Below, one piece after another: positions 22,601 to 34,331 of a stretch of DNA of 64,000 nucleotides. A program made the position numbers and the translations under genes. The notes beneath the pieces are model-generated. The model did not search any database. It was not told where the DNA came from and was given only the letters and a program-made list of their open reading frames with translations. Source of the DNA: Epithemia pelagica (taxonomy: Eukaryota > Protista > Bacillariophyta); NCBI GenBank assembly GCA_946965045.2, contig OX337228.1, positions 5,952,001 through 6,016,000 on the forward strand, written 5' to 3'. Numbering within the stretch: position 1 is the stretch's first letter; each line of letters begins with the position of its first letter.

Positions 22601-23196
22601 CGGTGGTTGCCAGTGGATCCATGATGTGGGCCAAAGAACTAACCAATGGTTCAGAGTACGCCGCCTCGGCATCGTTTCCTACTCTCTCGGTCAGCATCCT
22701 TTCTTTGGTTCGACGAATCGCCCTAGAGCAACCGTTTACTCGCAGGGATGCCTTAGCCGTCGCTATTGGCTTTACCAAGCATACCAACTCGGATGTTTCC
22801 TACCAAAAACTGAATGCAATCAAGGAACAAAGCATCAGGTTAATGCTTTGCCTAATGGCCAAAGGAGAATCATCCACGGTTCTGGCGGAATTCGCCCAAC
22901 GTCTCCAGCAGCAGCCCGAAATGGACGCAGCTCTTGTCCGGTATTTCGTTGCAGGTGTGCTGGAAATTGTCCGAGTACCCGTCTCGCTTGCGTTTGGGCG
23001 AGAATTTGCGCAGTTCCTCAAAGCGCCACGATGCGTGGATGCTGTTCGCTCGTCGTACTTTGGAGAACCGCACCAAACTCGGCTCTCTCTTCTGCTGAAA
23101 TCCTTCCATAAATTCTTTGAGAGCAGTGACGGAAAATCTATTGGAAGAGATAAAGCTTGGCTGGAATCCATTTTATCGACGTATGAAATAGAATAG
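19642..23196 (+). CDS. Seven N-terminal WW domains fused to a TH1/NELF-C/D (negative elongation factor C/D) homologue
   Basis: Single-exon 1184-aa ORF. Seven W..[YF][YF]N..T..[ST].W..P units lie at 19675-21030. Then FLSKPDSILEP, LVDNYQAQTAVCGLLTRWL, ERFTKDTGDKIL, MMDSNRWRKLLIDLSASH and LMYCLRTISKRGH, which parallel the NELF-C/D N-terminal region. Confidence 0.8.
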   Translation: MTEDTTQGEFEWSAYYDDEGKLYYYNSKTEESSWDPPEEGFNPPEGAENREDEGGTTETNNTQDETTESTALTKVEEGDTSAGSTEAGPKWTKHTDDDGSEYFFNSETGATQWEKPAEMPSSDQPSNGEEKEKTKDNPDEDESKPREDEELVAESQLEIPSSSNKDGSKWTVHTDDDNTVYYYNEETGETQWEKPDGVILESSTTANDTDAGNDAKMKIEEKSQEETSEPSKKDGPKWTVHKDDDNAVYYYNEETGETQWEKPEGVIIEPSAASNEADAEDDVNMKPVEDSLRETSPPSKKDGPKWTVHTDDDNAVYYYNQETGETQWEKPEGVIMESPATGDEADIGGGENAIPGDKSNDRGDDSQNQALKESGGKWTVHKDDEGTTYYYNNETQETQWEKPDDLYVAADYTSTNKESERKDGEPEASRPETSEGKWVQYEDDDGREYYYNTETGETQWERPEDMNDGTRDGTAEVEMGEGKESIEKESHIDKPGEPTSEVETTTVEEAIPEEEVVEEIDPAVRQLQEAEAFLSKPDSILEPDCFPNVAIVASDGGNAKQAMTALVDNYQAQTAVCGLLTRWLSTMKSASSTKETSRETTNDDIRMTAQDVINRVAKERFTKDTGDKILNLGKSQAAFLGEMMDSNRWRKLLIDLSASHSDSAVLMYCLRTISKRGHHREIARRINQSDHFAVFRQMMQSELTQIGTLAVSSGSDVETSIVMEELKNDLRRACTATSYTYLYSLEVLRALEQRSKHETRDETLQSRRAFRKWEVLREDLENTMQDPTISANFAGSSPLFRKRRLDIALTMNELHQRQKRRYTPPNSTVNQRQRWDNLETALLTFLRRYATGVHIDDSVLDPLLPSDLDSEESSKLMGSLLIKHPLSIRVLLGCLYKPGASRVTSNVLKSKCARLLALSVVAAEDALGTPHSGEKSNEVAAHRLILQGCKLCEQLELMVSFLVSDGSAKSAVPSPGLVLCNLALKSAVVASGSMMWAKELTNGSEYAASASFPTLSVSILSLVRRIALEQPFTRRDALAVAIGFTKHTNSDVSYQKLNAIKEQSIRLMLCLMAKGESSTVLAEFAQRLQQQPEMDAALVRYFVAGVLEIVRVPVSLAFGREFAQFLKAPRCVDAVRSSYFGEPHQTRLSLLLKSFHKFFESSDGKSIGRDKAWLESILSTYEIE
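20134..20745 (+). repeat. Three 204-bp (68-codon) intragenic tandem units, each encoding one WW domain
   Basis: Units start at 20134, 20338 and 20542 and share near-identical DNA (AAATGGACTGTTCA...TACTACAAC...GAGACTCAATGGGA). Confidence 0.9.
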
Positions 23197-24090
23197 ACGG
23201 GGGGCATTATCATGGATTTACGATCTTTCTTTTTTGGATCAATCTTCGATGTTTTATTGTATTATGAAGAGAGTTGGATCGCTCCTTGATGAAGAATTCA
23301 AACCATAGTTTCGCAGTTCACACAGCGATCATAGAATTATCGCAACTCTGTGTTGACGTTGACTATAGGGTTCGCAGCATTTCGTGAGTGTCAAGTCTAA
23401 TTGAGCTCGAGGGGAATTTGTTATAATCCTCATCCGGTTAAACAGATGCATCCATTCCGAATGGGTCAACGTAAAACGTACACATCAAAAGGCAAGGCCA
23501 TTGATGCAGATGATGATTCACACGCAAAGTTTTGGGACTTTTCCACAGGGACGCAATGAAAGAAAAATATGAGAAATGAAGGGGATTTCGAGGGTCGGCG
23601 CACGTTCGTCAGGGGGTGACATACAGACAGACCATCTGTTGTTATAACGGTTAACAGAGTCTTACGTATGCGTCGTTTTCTTTCGACTTCAACGGCTCGA
23701 TTTTCTTCGTCGCTGTCCGGCGTTTTCCTCCTTTCTTTTTGAAAAATTAATCGTTCGCGCGTGCAGTGGCTCCGGACGACATACACCCACCATTCTCGTG
23801 TGACTATCGGGTCACTTGCTCTTTTGTTTGCTGCATGTACAGCGCGAGACGCACGACACGCAAGACCAGCTCTGGGGTCGTCGTTGTTCCCCGAAATCTT
23901 CCCTTGAGACTCAACAACGAGAAGAGAAAGGACAATAAGATCAAGGGCGAAGGTCAGCACAAGAGGCAAAACTAGGATTGAAGTATCGTATCATTCGATT
24001 CGGAATAATTGCAGAGCTGCTGTGTTTGTCCAGCGGCGGCTTGCTCGTAGTCTCAAAGTGTAATAGCCAAGGCGGAACGAAAAGAGAACA

Positions 24091-27000
24091 ATGGCCGACA
24101 GTAGCAACAAACAAGGTTCCGAGGTCAAGAAAGAGCCCGACCGTATTCTTCTTCCTGGGAAACCTGACCTCGAACGATGTGACAACCGTGTCGTTTCCGC
24201 TCGTTACACAGCCTACAACTTTGTCCCGGTGGTAAGTTTCCATCCGGCCCTGCTGTCACTCTGTCCGAACCCGAAATTGCCTCACTCTGAATGGTTCCGT
24301 CTGCAATACAGGCAACGTTGGAACAATTTCGTCGATTTGCCAACATGTACTTTCTTACTGTCGGAATTATCATGGCAATTGGCTACTACAATCCAGGTCT
24401 CTATGAATCGGCCATTTCGCCGTGGACGACATTAGGCCCCCTTGCTGTAGTTATTGCGTTCTCCCTGTTGGTGGAAGGAAATGCTGACTACAAACGGCAT
24501 GTTAACGATCGAGAAACAAACGAGGCGCCTTGTGTTATTTTGACAAGGACCGACGAATTGGATGAAGAGACATGCGAACGAGACAATGAAATCCTCAAAG
24601 GTCGCGACGTCAAAGTCAATATTAACAAGGCCTTTTACAATACCCAAAAGAGCAACGTTCAATCTAACAGCAGTCAACAGAGTGCCAGTGCCATTAATGT
24701 GCACATTGCATTTGAGAAAGTGAGACGTGCAAACATTCGTCAGGGACATTTCGTGCTTGTGAAAAATCGGGAAATGGTTCCGGCCGACATGGTCCTCTTG
24801 GCTTCCTCCGCGGATGGAGGGAGTGCCTACATTGAAACCAGCTCCATTGATGGGGAGACCAACCTTAAATTGAGAAACAGTCCAAGGCTACCAAAAGGGG
24901 TCATGGCGGCTCTTCGGCGAGGATCCGAGTTTCCACCGACAGACCTGCCGGCGGTGCAAGAAGAGAACGAGGAACCAGACGAATCCAAGCCACATACAGA
25001 GAGTATTGGTGATGCAGTCAAGCGTATCACCCGATTTTCTTACCTAGGCCGTCCAGATGCGGAATCTGTTTTGGATCATCCTCTGTACAAACGTGAAAAT
25101 CCCTCTCCCGCCGTCGAAGCTGATCAACAACGACCAGGGTTTATGAATGGCTTGGAGACATCCTTCCGTGGCTTCATGGCAAATGTAGGCGAACTCACCC
25201 AGCAACATCCCTCTTCTCCGAACAAAAGAGAAGGCGAGGTAAATGATGGTCGGTACATTGCAGCTTTGACTACCGAGCCTCCCAATCCAAGTGTTCATAC
25301 CTTCCAGGGCAAGCTTACTCTTCCTCCCTTTGATCAATCCGGAAATGTGTTTGATCTTCCTCTGGATGCTGAAAACGTTTTGCTTCGTGGAGCAGTCCTG
25401 CGCAATACAGAATGGGCCCTTGGGGTGGCTTTTTTTACCGGAACGGATACCAAATTGGTGCAAAACTCGTTCAAGACTCCTTCCAAATTCAGCCAGTTGG
25501 ACCGATTGATGAACAAGACGGTGTTGGCCATTTTGGTTGTGATGATCTCTATCATTTCCTACTTGGCCACTGCTGCCGTTATTTCAAACGAAGATCAGTT
25601 TGATGATTTGTGGTATGCGGGCTTCAACACCAATACAACGGAACCCTGGCCATACCTGGACCATCTCGACCCTCCCGAATGGGAAACGTCACCACGGAAT
25701 TGGATCCAATTTTTCTTGCTCTATGTTACACTCTTGACAAATTTCATCCCTCTCAGTTTGTACGTCACAGTGGAGTTTGTCACATTCTGTATGTTGGCCT
25801 TTGTATACGTTGATTTGGATATGTACGACGACACGAGCAATACACGAGCGGTGGCGCGAAGTACGATTGTGACGGACTTGGGACAAATCCAATACATTTT
25901 CAGTGACAAGACGGGTACCCTCACGCAGAATGTTATGCGCTTCAAGCGATGCTCTGTAGATGGTATGGCCTTTGGGGCACCTATTCAAAAATCAAGGCCC
26001 CAGGACGATGATGATGAGGAGGAAGAACCCATGCCGTTTCACCCTCTTCGACATTTGCTCGTTGGTAAGCTGAAGGAACCTTCCAGTGACATGATGACCA
26101 AGGGTGCTACGTCTTCGGATGGTTTTGAACTCGTCAAGGTCGCAGGCGAGAAATTAACCTTCAATGCCGAAATGTTTCTTCGCGTCATGTGCCTTTGTCA
26201 CACGGTTGTCGTGGAGAAGGACCTTGACCAGAAAAAAGGAATTGGGGGATCCGAAACAGAATCATCAAAGTCCGATTCGAAGAGAAAGGGACTATTTGGT
26301 GGAAGAAGGACCCGAAGGAAAGGCAGCGACGATACTTCATCCGTTCAGTCCGGTCCACTGAAGAGCTCTCTCGGGGAAGATAAATCAAGTCGTGTGGAGG
26401 ATAAGAATGGAACGAATCATGTCTCACTGAGTGTCGCTGGAAGTTCTGTTGTGGATGAACCACGTAAATCACCGGATGGTGCACCATACGGGTTTGCCTA
26501 CCAAGCGGAATCTCCTGACGAAGGGGCATTGGTGTCAGCGGCAAGTAGCATTTTTGGGTACCAGGTTATTCGAAAAGATTCTCAGGGTATCACTCTTCGA
26601 GTTGGAAAGCCATCGCATTTTGACGACGAGCATGTTTGCGACGGCCTCAAAAATGGAACACTTTCGTTGAAAAAATTGGCTGCGGACTCCGCATTTGAGC
26701 TCCCATCCGATGGGGTTGGATCGTCTGTTGATGCCTCGGGCACATCCGCAGAACGTGAAGAGACATGGGCTATTCTTGCTGTGAACAAATTCGATTCTGA
26801 CCGGAAAAGAATGTCAATCTTGCTTCGTTCACCTCCGGAGCTGGGAAATTTACCAATATTGTTCTGCAAAGGCGCGGACTCTTCCATGTTGGATCCTTCC
26901 GTTTGTTCTAATTCAAAGAAAATTGAGGATGGAAACATTGGATCAATTGGTACAGAGCAACTGTCGTCAGATGATGGTGAATACGATGAGTGGGAATTAA

Positions 27001-29462
27001 CGCAGATGCTTGGCCTTCAGGCACATCTCGGAGATTTCGCTTCTGAGGGCTTGCGGACTTTGGTTCTGGGTCTCCGTATACTGACAGAGGATGAGTGCCA
27101 ACAGTGGCTTGAGCAATACAAGGCTGCATCTGTAGCCCTAACAGATCGTGCGCGTCTATTGACGGAAGCGGCTGTTGCTATTGAAAGTAATCTTCACATT
27201 GCAGGAGCAACGGCTATTGAAGATAAATTGCAAAAAGGTGTACCAGAAACAATTGCCACGCTCGAGAAAGCCGGTATCAAGCTATGGGTTCTTACGGGTG
27301 ATAAACGAGAAACGGCTGTGGAGATTGGGTACTCGACTCATGTTCTTACCCCTAAAATGCATGTTACCGAAGTCTCTGCAGACAACGGGCAATTGCACGT
27401 TCGCACACAAATGTCCATGGAGTTTATAAGCCTCGTGAAGAGAGGGCGCCTTCCTGATTATCAAAAAGTAAAAGTATCGGACAATAAATCGTGGTCCTGT
27501 TCCAGTACTATGTACGATATCAAGTTTTCATTGGGCAAATGTTTGAGAAGCTTCAGACGCATGATGGCCAGGCTTTTGGCTGCCTGCTTTTCTTCAATAG
27601 GATTGAATGAACGAGCTGAACGCAAGCGATCCAGAGCATCCAAAAGTTTGGAAGAGGAGCAACATAGGCTCAAAGATGTCGAACGTCGGCGAAATGTACG
27701 TTTACGTGCGGAAGAAATAATTAAGACGTGGCTGGAATCCGACGAAGGAAAAGCGCAAAGGCGTGGGCGCAAAGGCGACGATGAACTTTCCATGGTGACG
27801 GACGAAACACCGGATGTATTTCGCAAAGCTTCATCGGCTAAGTCTCTTTTGAGTGATATGAGGGAATCTGGTCGGCTTTCGCACGCCGCTCTACGTGAAG
27901 TGTCGTTAGCTCAACTGACTGCCCAACAGAGTGGCCAAGGGGGCGAAGGCCCGCTGGTTGACGAAGACGCTCTGTCAATGATTAGTTTCGTTCCTGGTAA
28001 CAAGGATGATCTTGGAGGGTACTTCGACAAAAGGAAAAGGACGCTTCTTGAACGTACGTTTGCCATTGATCGCGATGTTCGAAAAGGAAAGCTCCGCAAG
28101 CATGTCAAACCTGAGAAATTGGAATCCCTGAATAATCAAACGGACGATCAAGCCGATACGGGTCCTCGGGCCCTAGTTATCGAAGGTGCAGCCCTAAAAC
28201 ACATTCTGGGTGACCCCGAACTTGAGGAAATGTTGTTCACTGTTGCTGAGACGTGTGAGGCAGTTATTGCTTGCCGAGTAAGCCCCAAGCAGAAAGCACT
28301 TCTCGTCAACTTGGTCCGGCAGAATGTGAGCCCCACTCCTATTACCTTGGCCATTGGTGATGGTGCGAATGACGTTGGAATGATTCAGGAGGCACATGTT
28401 GGAGTCGGAATTTCAGGAAAAGAAGGGAAACAGGCTGTAAATGCATCCGATTTTGCGATTGCTCAGTTCCGTTTCCTAAGGGATCTAGTTCTCGTCCATG
28501 GTAGATGGGATTTCTTCCGTCTCAGCACTGTTGTTCTTTTTTCGTTTTACAAGAACGCAATTCTAGCAGGAATGTTGGTTACGTTTTCATCCCGCACTGT
28601 CTACAGCGGTACTCCTCTCTATGACGAATGGTTGATTGCGATGGTAAATTTTGTTGCGGGGATTCCAATCATTATGACAGGTCTGTTCGATCGATGCTTG
28701 GGCAAAGATTATGTCAGGAGGAACCCCGAGGTCTACAAAGCAACACGAGAAAACGAACTTATTACCTCCAGAACGCTGCTTCGATGGATTTCTATGGTTT
28801 TTATCCACCTTTTTACTCTATATTATTTCACTGTACCAGCTCAGGCAAATGGCGGTGGCATGACAAGTGCCTTTGTTGGATTGATGCGGAATGAACCAGA
28901 TGACGAACCAGGGAATGGAGAAGGTGGTGACCTTAAGAGTGGAGGAACGGTGACATACAGTTGCATGATCATTCTCCTCGCATACAAAGTTCTGTACGAA
29001 ACAAAATCTCTCATTCATGGGAAATGGCCTGCCTTTACCTGCAGGAAGGGTGTCGGTGAAGGGTTTTTTAGTCGTCTTGCGTACACTTGGGTTGGTGTTA
29101 CCTATCTTTCAATTGGGTTCTACTTGTTGGCCATAGCGATCTACCAACTATGTGGAAGGGTGTTTGTAAGCAGCCTTTCCAGTTTTGTGGACGTAGCCAA
29201 CCATGTTCTGGGTACAAGATCCTTGAGCTGGATGCTGATTGCATTTGTTCCAGTTTTTGGGATGGTGTTCGACGTCTGTTTGAAGGTGTTCTCCAATATG
29301 TTCTACCCAACTCAAACCCAAATCCATATGGAAATTGAATCCAAGGAAATTGCCGCACATCGAAAGCAGGGCAAACAAGAGCAACGACCTTCATCTTCAA
29401 ACCATCCATCGTCGGAAAAGAAGGAAAACCATAACGGTTTGGGTGATCATGTGGAGCTGTAA
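24091..29462 (+). CDS. P4-type ATPase (phospholipid flippase); 2 exons
   Basis: Intron 24232-24311. Motifs DNRVVSARYTAYNF, EQFRRFANMYFL, IETSSIDGETNLK, FIPLSLYV, DKTGTLT, YQAESPDEGALV, FDSDRKRMS, EGLRTL, TGDKRETA, CRVSPKQKA and AIGDGANDV. Confidence 0.96.
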
Positions 29463-29582
29463 GTATCATCTTGCTTTGCATACGAACCGCTTCCCCCTAT
29501 TCATAGGAAGAATATTTGAATATAAGTAGGAAACAGTTAAACTCTCAGGTTGTATAGTCTGTCATTATAAGAAACGTTGAAC

Positions 29583-31335
29583 CTAGTTTTCTGGCCCTCT
29601 CTTGGTTTTTCCTCGAGCACGTTCCTTGGATCTACGGACGCCACTTTGTCGTGGGCCGGTTGCCGCACTGGGTTGTGCTACTTCACTGGTTGGAGCAGCT
29701 TTTACACTCACTGTCTCTTTCACTGGAACGGATGGAACCACAGCCTCAACGTGTGTCTCAACGACAGCCTGTAGAAAAGAAGGAAATCTTGTTGTTAGTC
29801 GCCATCCTTCGGTAGAAGCATCTCAACACACAAGTACGTACCTTAGTTGCCAGGCCCTTTTCAATTGCCTGCGATGTTGCCTCAGCCAGTCTACGGACCA
29901 GGACATCTTCACCCGGAAGGGGTGTTTTGCTGATTTCACCAAAGCCTTGACTCGCGTCACCCGGACCTCTTACAGCAATGACACTATCCTCTGTAACTTG
30001 AATGGTCATTTTTCCAACCACGGCAGATTCGAAATTCACAAGTTGCTGCCAAATAATGTCCAACGTGTCTTCGCTGGGCTGCGTCACATAAACGGGACGC
30101 CCTCCCACGCGGATGGAAGCGATTTCAAATGTGCGAAGAATGGTTGGAGCCCACTTTGTTGCCAACCAATCGGCCAATCGAGGAACATTGGGAACATTTC
30201 CAAACGAAGCAGAGAACAACTGTGCACCTTTTCCAGACGACAGCATCTCTTGAACGCGAGAAAACTCTTCATTCCATACAACAGAAGTGACAGGGTCTTT
30301 GCCCCGTTGGGACGACAAACTAACATCCAATCCTGGTTGGACAGGAACTTTCTCTAGGGCCATAAGAACCGCAGCCTCACCAACTGCATGACGTGAAGAC
30401 CTTGTTGTTTCCCCCGACAACATAACATTACCCGATACCGACAGGGTGGGATCCATTCGTACGCTTCGTGTAAGATATTCCTCACAAAGCTCGGGGAACT
30501 TCTTTGGACCTCCAACGAATGGCGAAAAATCGGGGGACGACTCTGGGGATCCAAACAACTGTCCATGTCGGAGAAAGACACTGCTTCCTCCTACGTCACT
30601 TGCTCCAGTGGCTATCGCCTCCGCCAGGGTCGCAGGAATCTCAACCTTGTCTCCGCCAAAGATGTTTCCCACCATGCGCTTTATGGAATCTCCAGAATCG
30701 TCTTCTTCCGAAAGAACAGTAGGCTCGTCTGCCGACAATACAGCAAGCCTCAGCCCTTTAATCGACTTGGCCGCTTCTTTGGAAGCAACTTTGATGGCAT
30801 TTTTCCATGCGACTTGAAGCTGTTCTTCTTCTGGAGTTTGCTTTTTGCGCTTGGTGGGGGTAGCAACATCGTAGGTACAAATGAGTCCACCAGCATTTCG
30901 ACTCCAGCTTTCCACGGCAGAAATGGCAGATCCTTGCTCATCCTTTCGAAGCAAGACACTGGAAGCATCCGATTTTGCAATCTCCACCTTCCCGCCAGCC
31001 GCGTCGATATCATCCAAGGCTTGCTTGGAAAGAACCAGTTGATCTTGAGCGCCCTCAAGTCCCTCGGGTTGAGAGATCACAAGCCACTTGACTGTGACGC
31101 CCATTGAAGCTGCATTGACGGCCGCAACTTGCCCGATACCTCCAGGAGGCGACACCACGACGAGGGACAATTCCCCATTGTCCCCATTGGCTGCCAACAG
31201 TGGTCCGGATCGACGGGATGGAGCCAAAGTCCGTTGTGCAATCGGGTCAAGCAAACTGAAACAGTCACACTGTATTGACGATAGCAATACAAAGAGGCCT
31301 GTCAGCCATATTCTGTCTGATCTTGCAGTCTTCAT
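29583..31335 (-). CDS. Putative plastid-targeted protein with a degenerate NAD(P)-binding Rossmann-like fold; 2 exons
   Basis: Signal peptide ending CDCF-SLL; beta-loop-alpha LVVVSPPGGIGQVAA. Intron 29769-29841 joins ...GLATK|AVVETH...GPEN-stop. Confidence 0.55.
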
Positions 31336-31618
31336 CACGCTGTATAATATTACGGTCAACAGTCGAGTAACAACACAATTTCAACTCTCAACATCAACTC
31401 TGGATAGATCCTTCGTGGTCAAAGAAGGGAAGATCGGAATGGGAAAAGTGACGGGGAGGAGGTATGACGTCATCGATAGAAGACGGGCATCAGCGATTCA
31501 TCCGGCGACAGACAGGCGATCCCCGCGCGTTTTTATGGCCCCCTCCCCCATGATGGCCCCCAAAACGAAGATTTAATGGGTGGTGATTGGTGATGGATGG
31601 AAAAGAAAAGATGCGACA

Positions 31619-32533
31619 ATGGCGTCCTTGCGACGGGAGATTCGTCGTTGCTTGACGCAGTTCCTAGAGGAACATGAAAATGAAGAATCTTCGGTTGAAT
31701 TACTCCGTATGTTTCAAAGGGAAGCGTGGCTGATGCAAGAAACAGAACAACTGAAGGATGTCTTCCGATCGGACCCATTTGAGTGTCTCAAACACGTTTC
31801 TCCCAGTAGTATGAATCGTCTTCTTGGACAGTTGCAAGTGTCGGATTGTCACCGGGTCCACACCAAATCTGCATACTGCCACATCTCTGCAACGTGCCTT
31901 TTCCTGGCGGATGATCGAATGAAAAGTCACGGAGTCCTTCATGGCGTCGAACTCTTTTTTCAATACGAACGTCAACCCAAGACGATTGCCACCGACAATG
32001 ATGACATGTCTCCAACCGTTCTGTATGGTATCAGTCTTGCTCGGGACCATGGAGCTTCTGAAAAATTGTTATGGGTCGAAGTCTATACGGATGGACACAT
32101 ACCCACCACTGGTGTACCAGCCATTAATATGATGGAGGTTAATGATGACGAGGAAGAGTGGGAGGACATGGATGAAGAGGACGAAGAGCAAGAAAAGCCT
32201 AGTGCTTCGAACGGAGGTACCTTGGGCAAGAGACAAAGAGATCAATCCGAAGTCATGCAAAATAACGCTCCACAATCGACTCACGTCGATCAGGATGGTG
32301 ATCAGGACATGGAGGCGAAACCGGATCGATATATTGCAGGGATTGATCCAGATGTGCTGGCCAATTTCTTGAAATGGACGCATCTTGGTGGAGAAATGGC
32401 AGATGACCTCAATTCCTTTTATTTTCTAATGACATTTGCTTTCTATGAGACTGAGTTTGATTTGTTGGGATATTTGTTGGAGGGTGTCTTTGGTCCGGAC
32501 GACCAAGACAAGGACAACGATCAAGAGAAATAG
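31619..32533 (+). CDS. Hypothetical acidic protein
   Basis: Roughly 300-aa ORF with globular-looking segments and an acidic central region. No family recognised. Confidence 0.6.
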   Translation: MASLRREIRRCLTQFLEEHENEESSVELLRMFQREAWLMQETEQLKDVFRSDPFECLKHVSPSSMNRLLGQLQVSDCHRVHTKSAYCHISATCLFLADDRMKSHGVLHGVELFFQYERQPKTIATDNDDMSPTVLYGISLARDHGASEKLLWVEVYTDGHIPTTGVPAINMMEVNDDEEEWEDMDEEDEEQEKPSASNGGTLGKRQRDQSEVMQNNAPQSTHVDQDGDQDMEAKPDRYIAGIDPDVLANFLKWTHLGGEMADDLNSFYFLMTFAFYETEFDLLGYLLEGVFGPDDQDKDNDQEK

Positions 32534-32951
32534 CACACCCAACGTTCTGCACATTAACGCGTGGCTGCTTCATGACCATGAGCACTTTGTCATTTTACGC
32601 CTGGGAATGAATGCATGTGAATGTGATGCCGTACGTAGTCATTTGTGGGTTGTGAGCATTGTTTGTCCCATGGATGTCGAGTTTCCAGGGAAACATTACC
32701 AAATCTTACCATCCTGGTGATGTCGTTGTAACGATGAATTCGAACATCATACCATGCATCGCTACCGTGCATGACCAAGTTGGACTTTTCTCGGGATGCA
32801 AGTTGACAAGCTGTCCCGATACGAACACCTGGGTGAGCATCATGGCAATAGCTGGTCGTACAGACTAGCTTTGATGATTGCATTAGTTAGACCTAGAAAA
32901 TAGCCTTGATAATAGGAGTATATTTAATAGCTGGCCCTCCCATGATAATTG

Positions 32952-34331
32952 TCAGGGTTCTTCCGTATTTGTGCTTGTCCGGGAGCTTGCATCGAGTCCA
33001 GATTTGACGGAACTGACCGTTTCCTCTAGTGCTGTGGACGTTTCGTTTAACCTTCGCGAACTGTGCTTGGAACCAACAGTAACTGGACAAGCATCTTTGC
33101 CCTGTATTGCCAAATTCGCCGCCTTTTCATGAACGCAAAGTTCACGGCCGCGTTCTCGAATGTAGTGAATGTGTTCCGACAGGAACTTTGTGAAAGCATC
33201 TCCTCGGCACTTTTCTTCGTCCCACACTTTGGAATGGATCAAGAAAAGGATCAAGAGTGATGGTAAATATAGCAATGAAAAGAGAAAGATCCTCCGAGCA
33301 TTTGAATTGGTCCTATCTTGTTTGAACCGGTAAGCCAACGTTAGCTGACATGCATTCAGAGCAATTCCTTCAAACATGAACATGCTGCTTGTCACATCCG
33401 TGAGCGTAGCCAGAAACGGTATGGTGGACAAATACAAAGAGTATCGAGCAATGAGATTCGATGTTTGTTTACCGTCTTTCTCCAGGCATGGTACCATGGC
33501 AAACCCCCCTCGTTGGTAGTCAACGCGATGCATATAGCTAAGAGCAAAGAAATGTGGCATTTGCCACAGATATAATGTGGAACCCAGCAACAGGGCTTCT
33601 ATATCCAGTATGCTTCCTCCCGTTGCAGCCGTCCACCCCATTACGGGAGGAACGGCGCCGACAACGGCTCCAACCCAAGTGTTGTAGATTGATCTTGGTT
33701 TCATATACGTGTACCAACCAGCATAAAGTACGATGTTCGATGCTCCAAGCGCGGTCGTAACGGGGTCTGTGCCAATAGCCAGGAGAGATACACCGGAAAT
33801 GCCCCAAAGTGTGGCAGCTGTTGTAGCTTGGTTGACGGTCAAAGCTCCTGTTACTAATGGTCGTAGTTGAGTTCGTTTCATTTTTGAATCCTGAGCTCGT
33901 TCCCAAATTTGATTCAATGCTGCCGCCGAACTAGAACAAAGCGCAGTACCAGCAACCGCACATCCAAACACTCCGAGTTTGGTCGCAATCGGTCCTCCTG
34001 CCGCAACAAAACCTGCGGCCGTCGTTGCGACCACCAAACTTGAAAGCTTGGCCTTGGCGAGATCCAGGTACGCTTTGGTTAAACTTCCTTTTCTTGATGT
34101 CCGAGTTCTTGAATCACCCACTGGTTCTTCTTTATCTCTTTCGTTTCCATGATTCGCTGATGACCCGGGAGTTACCGAGGCAGCAGCATGGTGTGTATTT
34201 GTATGTTTCGTGGAGAACTGCGACCTCCCTCCAAGCAATTTTCCATCTTCGCAGTATGCCCTGATCAACTGGAGCGATCTTATGCGTTGTTCTCTAGCGT
34301 GAAAGCATGCTCGTAGCGCGCAATGTATCAT
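32952..34331 (-). CDS. COX10: Protoheme IX farnesyltransferase (heme O synthase), mitochondrial
   Basis: UbiA-family motifs YLDLAKAKLSSLVV, ALNQIWERAQDSKMKRTQLRPL, YTYMKPRSIYNTWVGAVVGAVPPVMGWTAA, LWQMPHF and DYQRGGF. Confidence 0.95.
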   Translation of the reverse strand: MIHCALRACFHAREQRIRSLQLIRAYCEDGKLLGGRSQFSTKHTNTHHAAASVTPGSSANHGNERDKEEPVGDSRTRTSRKGSLTKAYLDLAKAKLSSLVVATTAAGFVAAGGPIATKLGVFGCAVAGTALCSSSAAALNQIWERAQDSKMKRTQLRPLVTGALTVNQATTAATLWGISGVSLLAIGTDPVTTALGASNIVLYAGWYTYMKPRSIYNTWVGAVVGAVPPVMGWTAATGGSILDIEALLLGSTLYLWQMPHFFALSYMHRVDYQRGGFAMVPCLEKDGKQTSNLIARYSLYLSTIPFLATLTDVTSSMFMFEGIALNACQLTLAYRFKQDRTNSNARRIFLFSLLYLPSLLILFLIHSKVWDEEKCRGDAFTKFLSEHIHYIRERGRELCVHEKAANLAIQGKDACPVTVGSKHSSRRLNETSTALEETVSSVKSGLDASSRTSTNTEEP

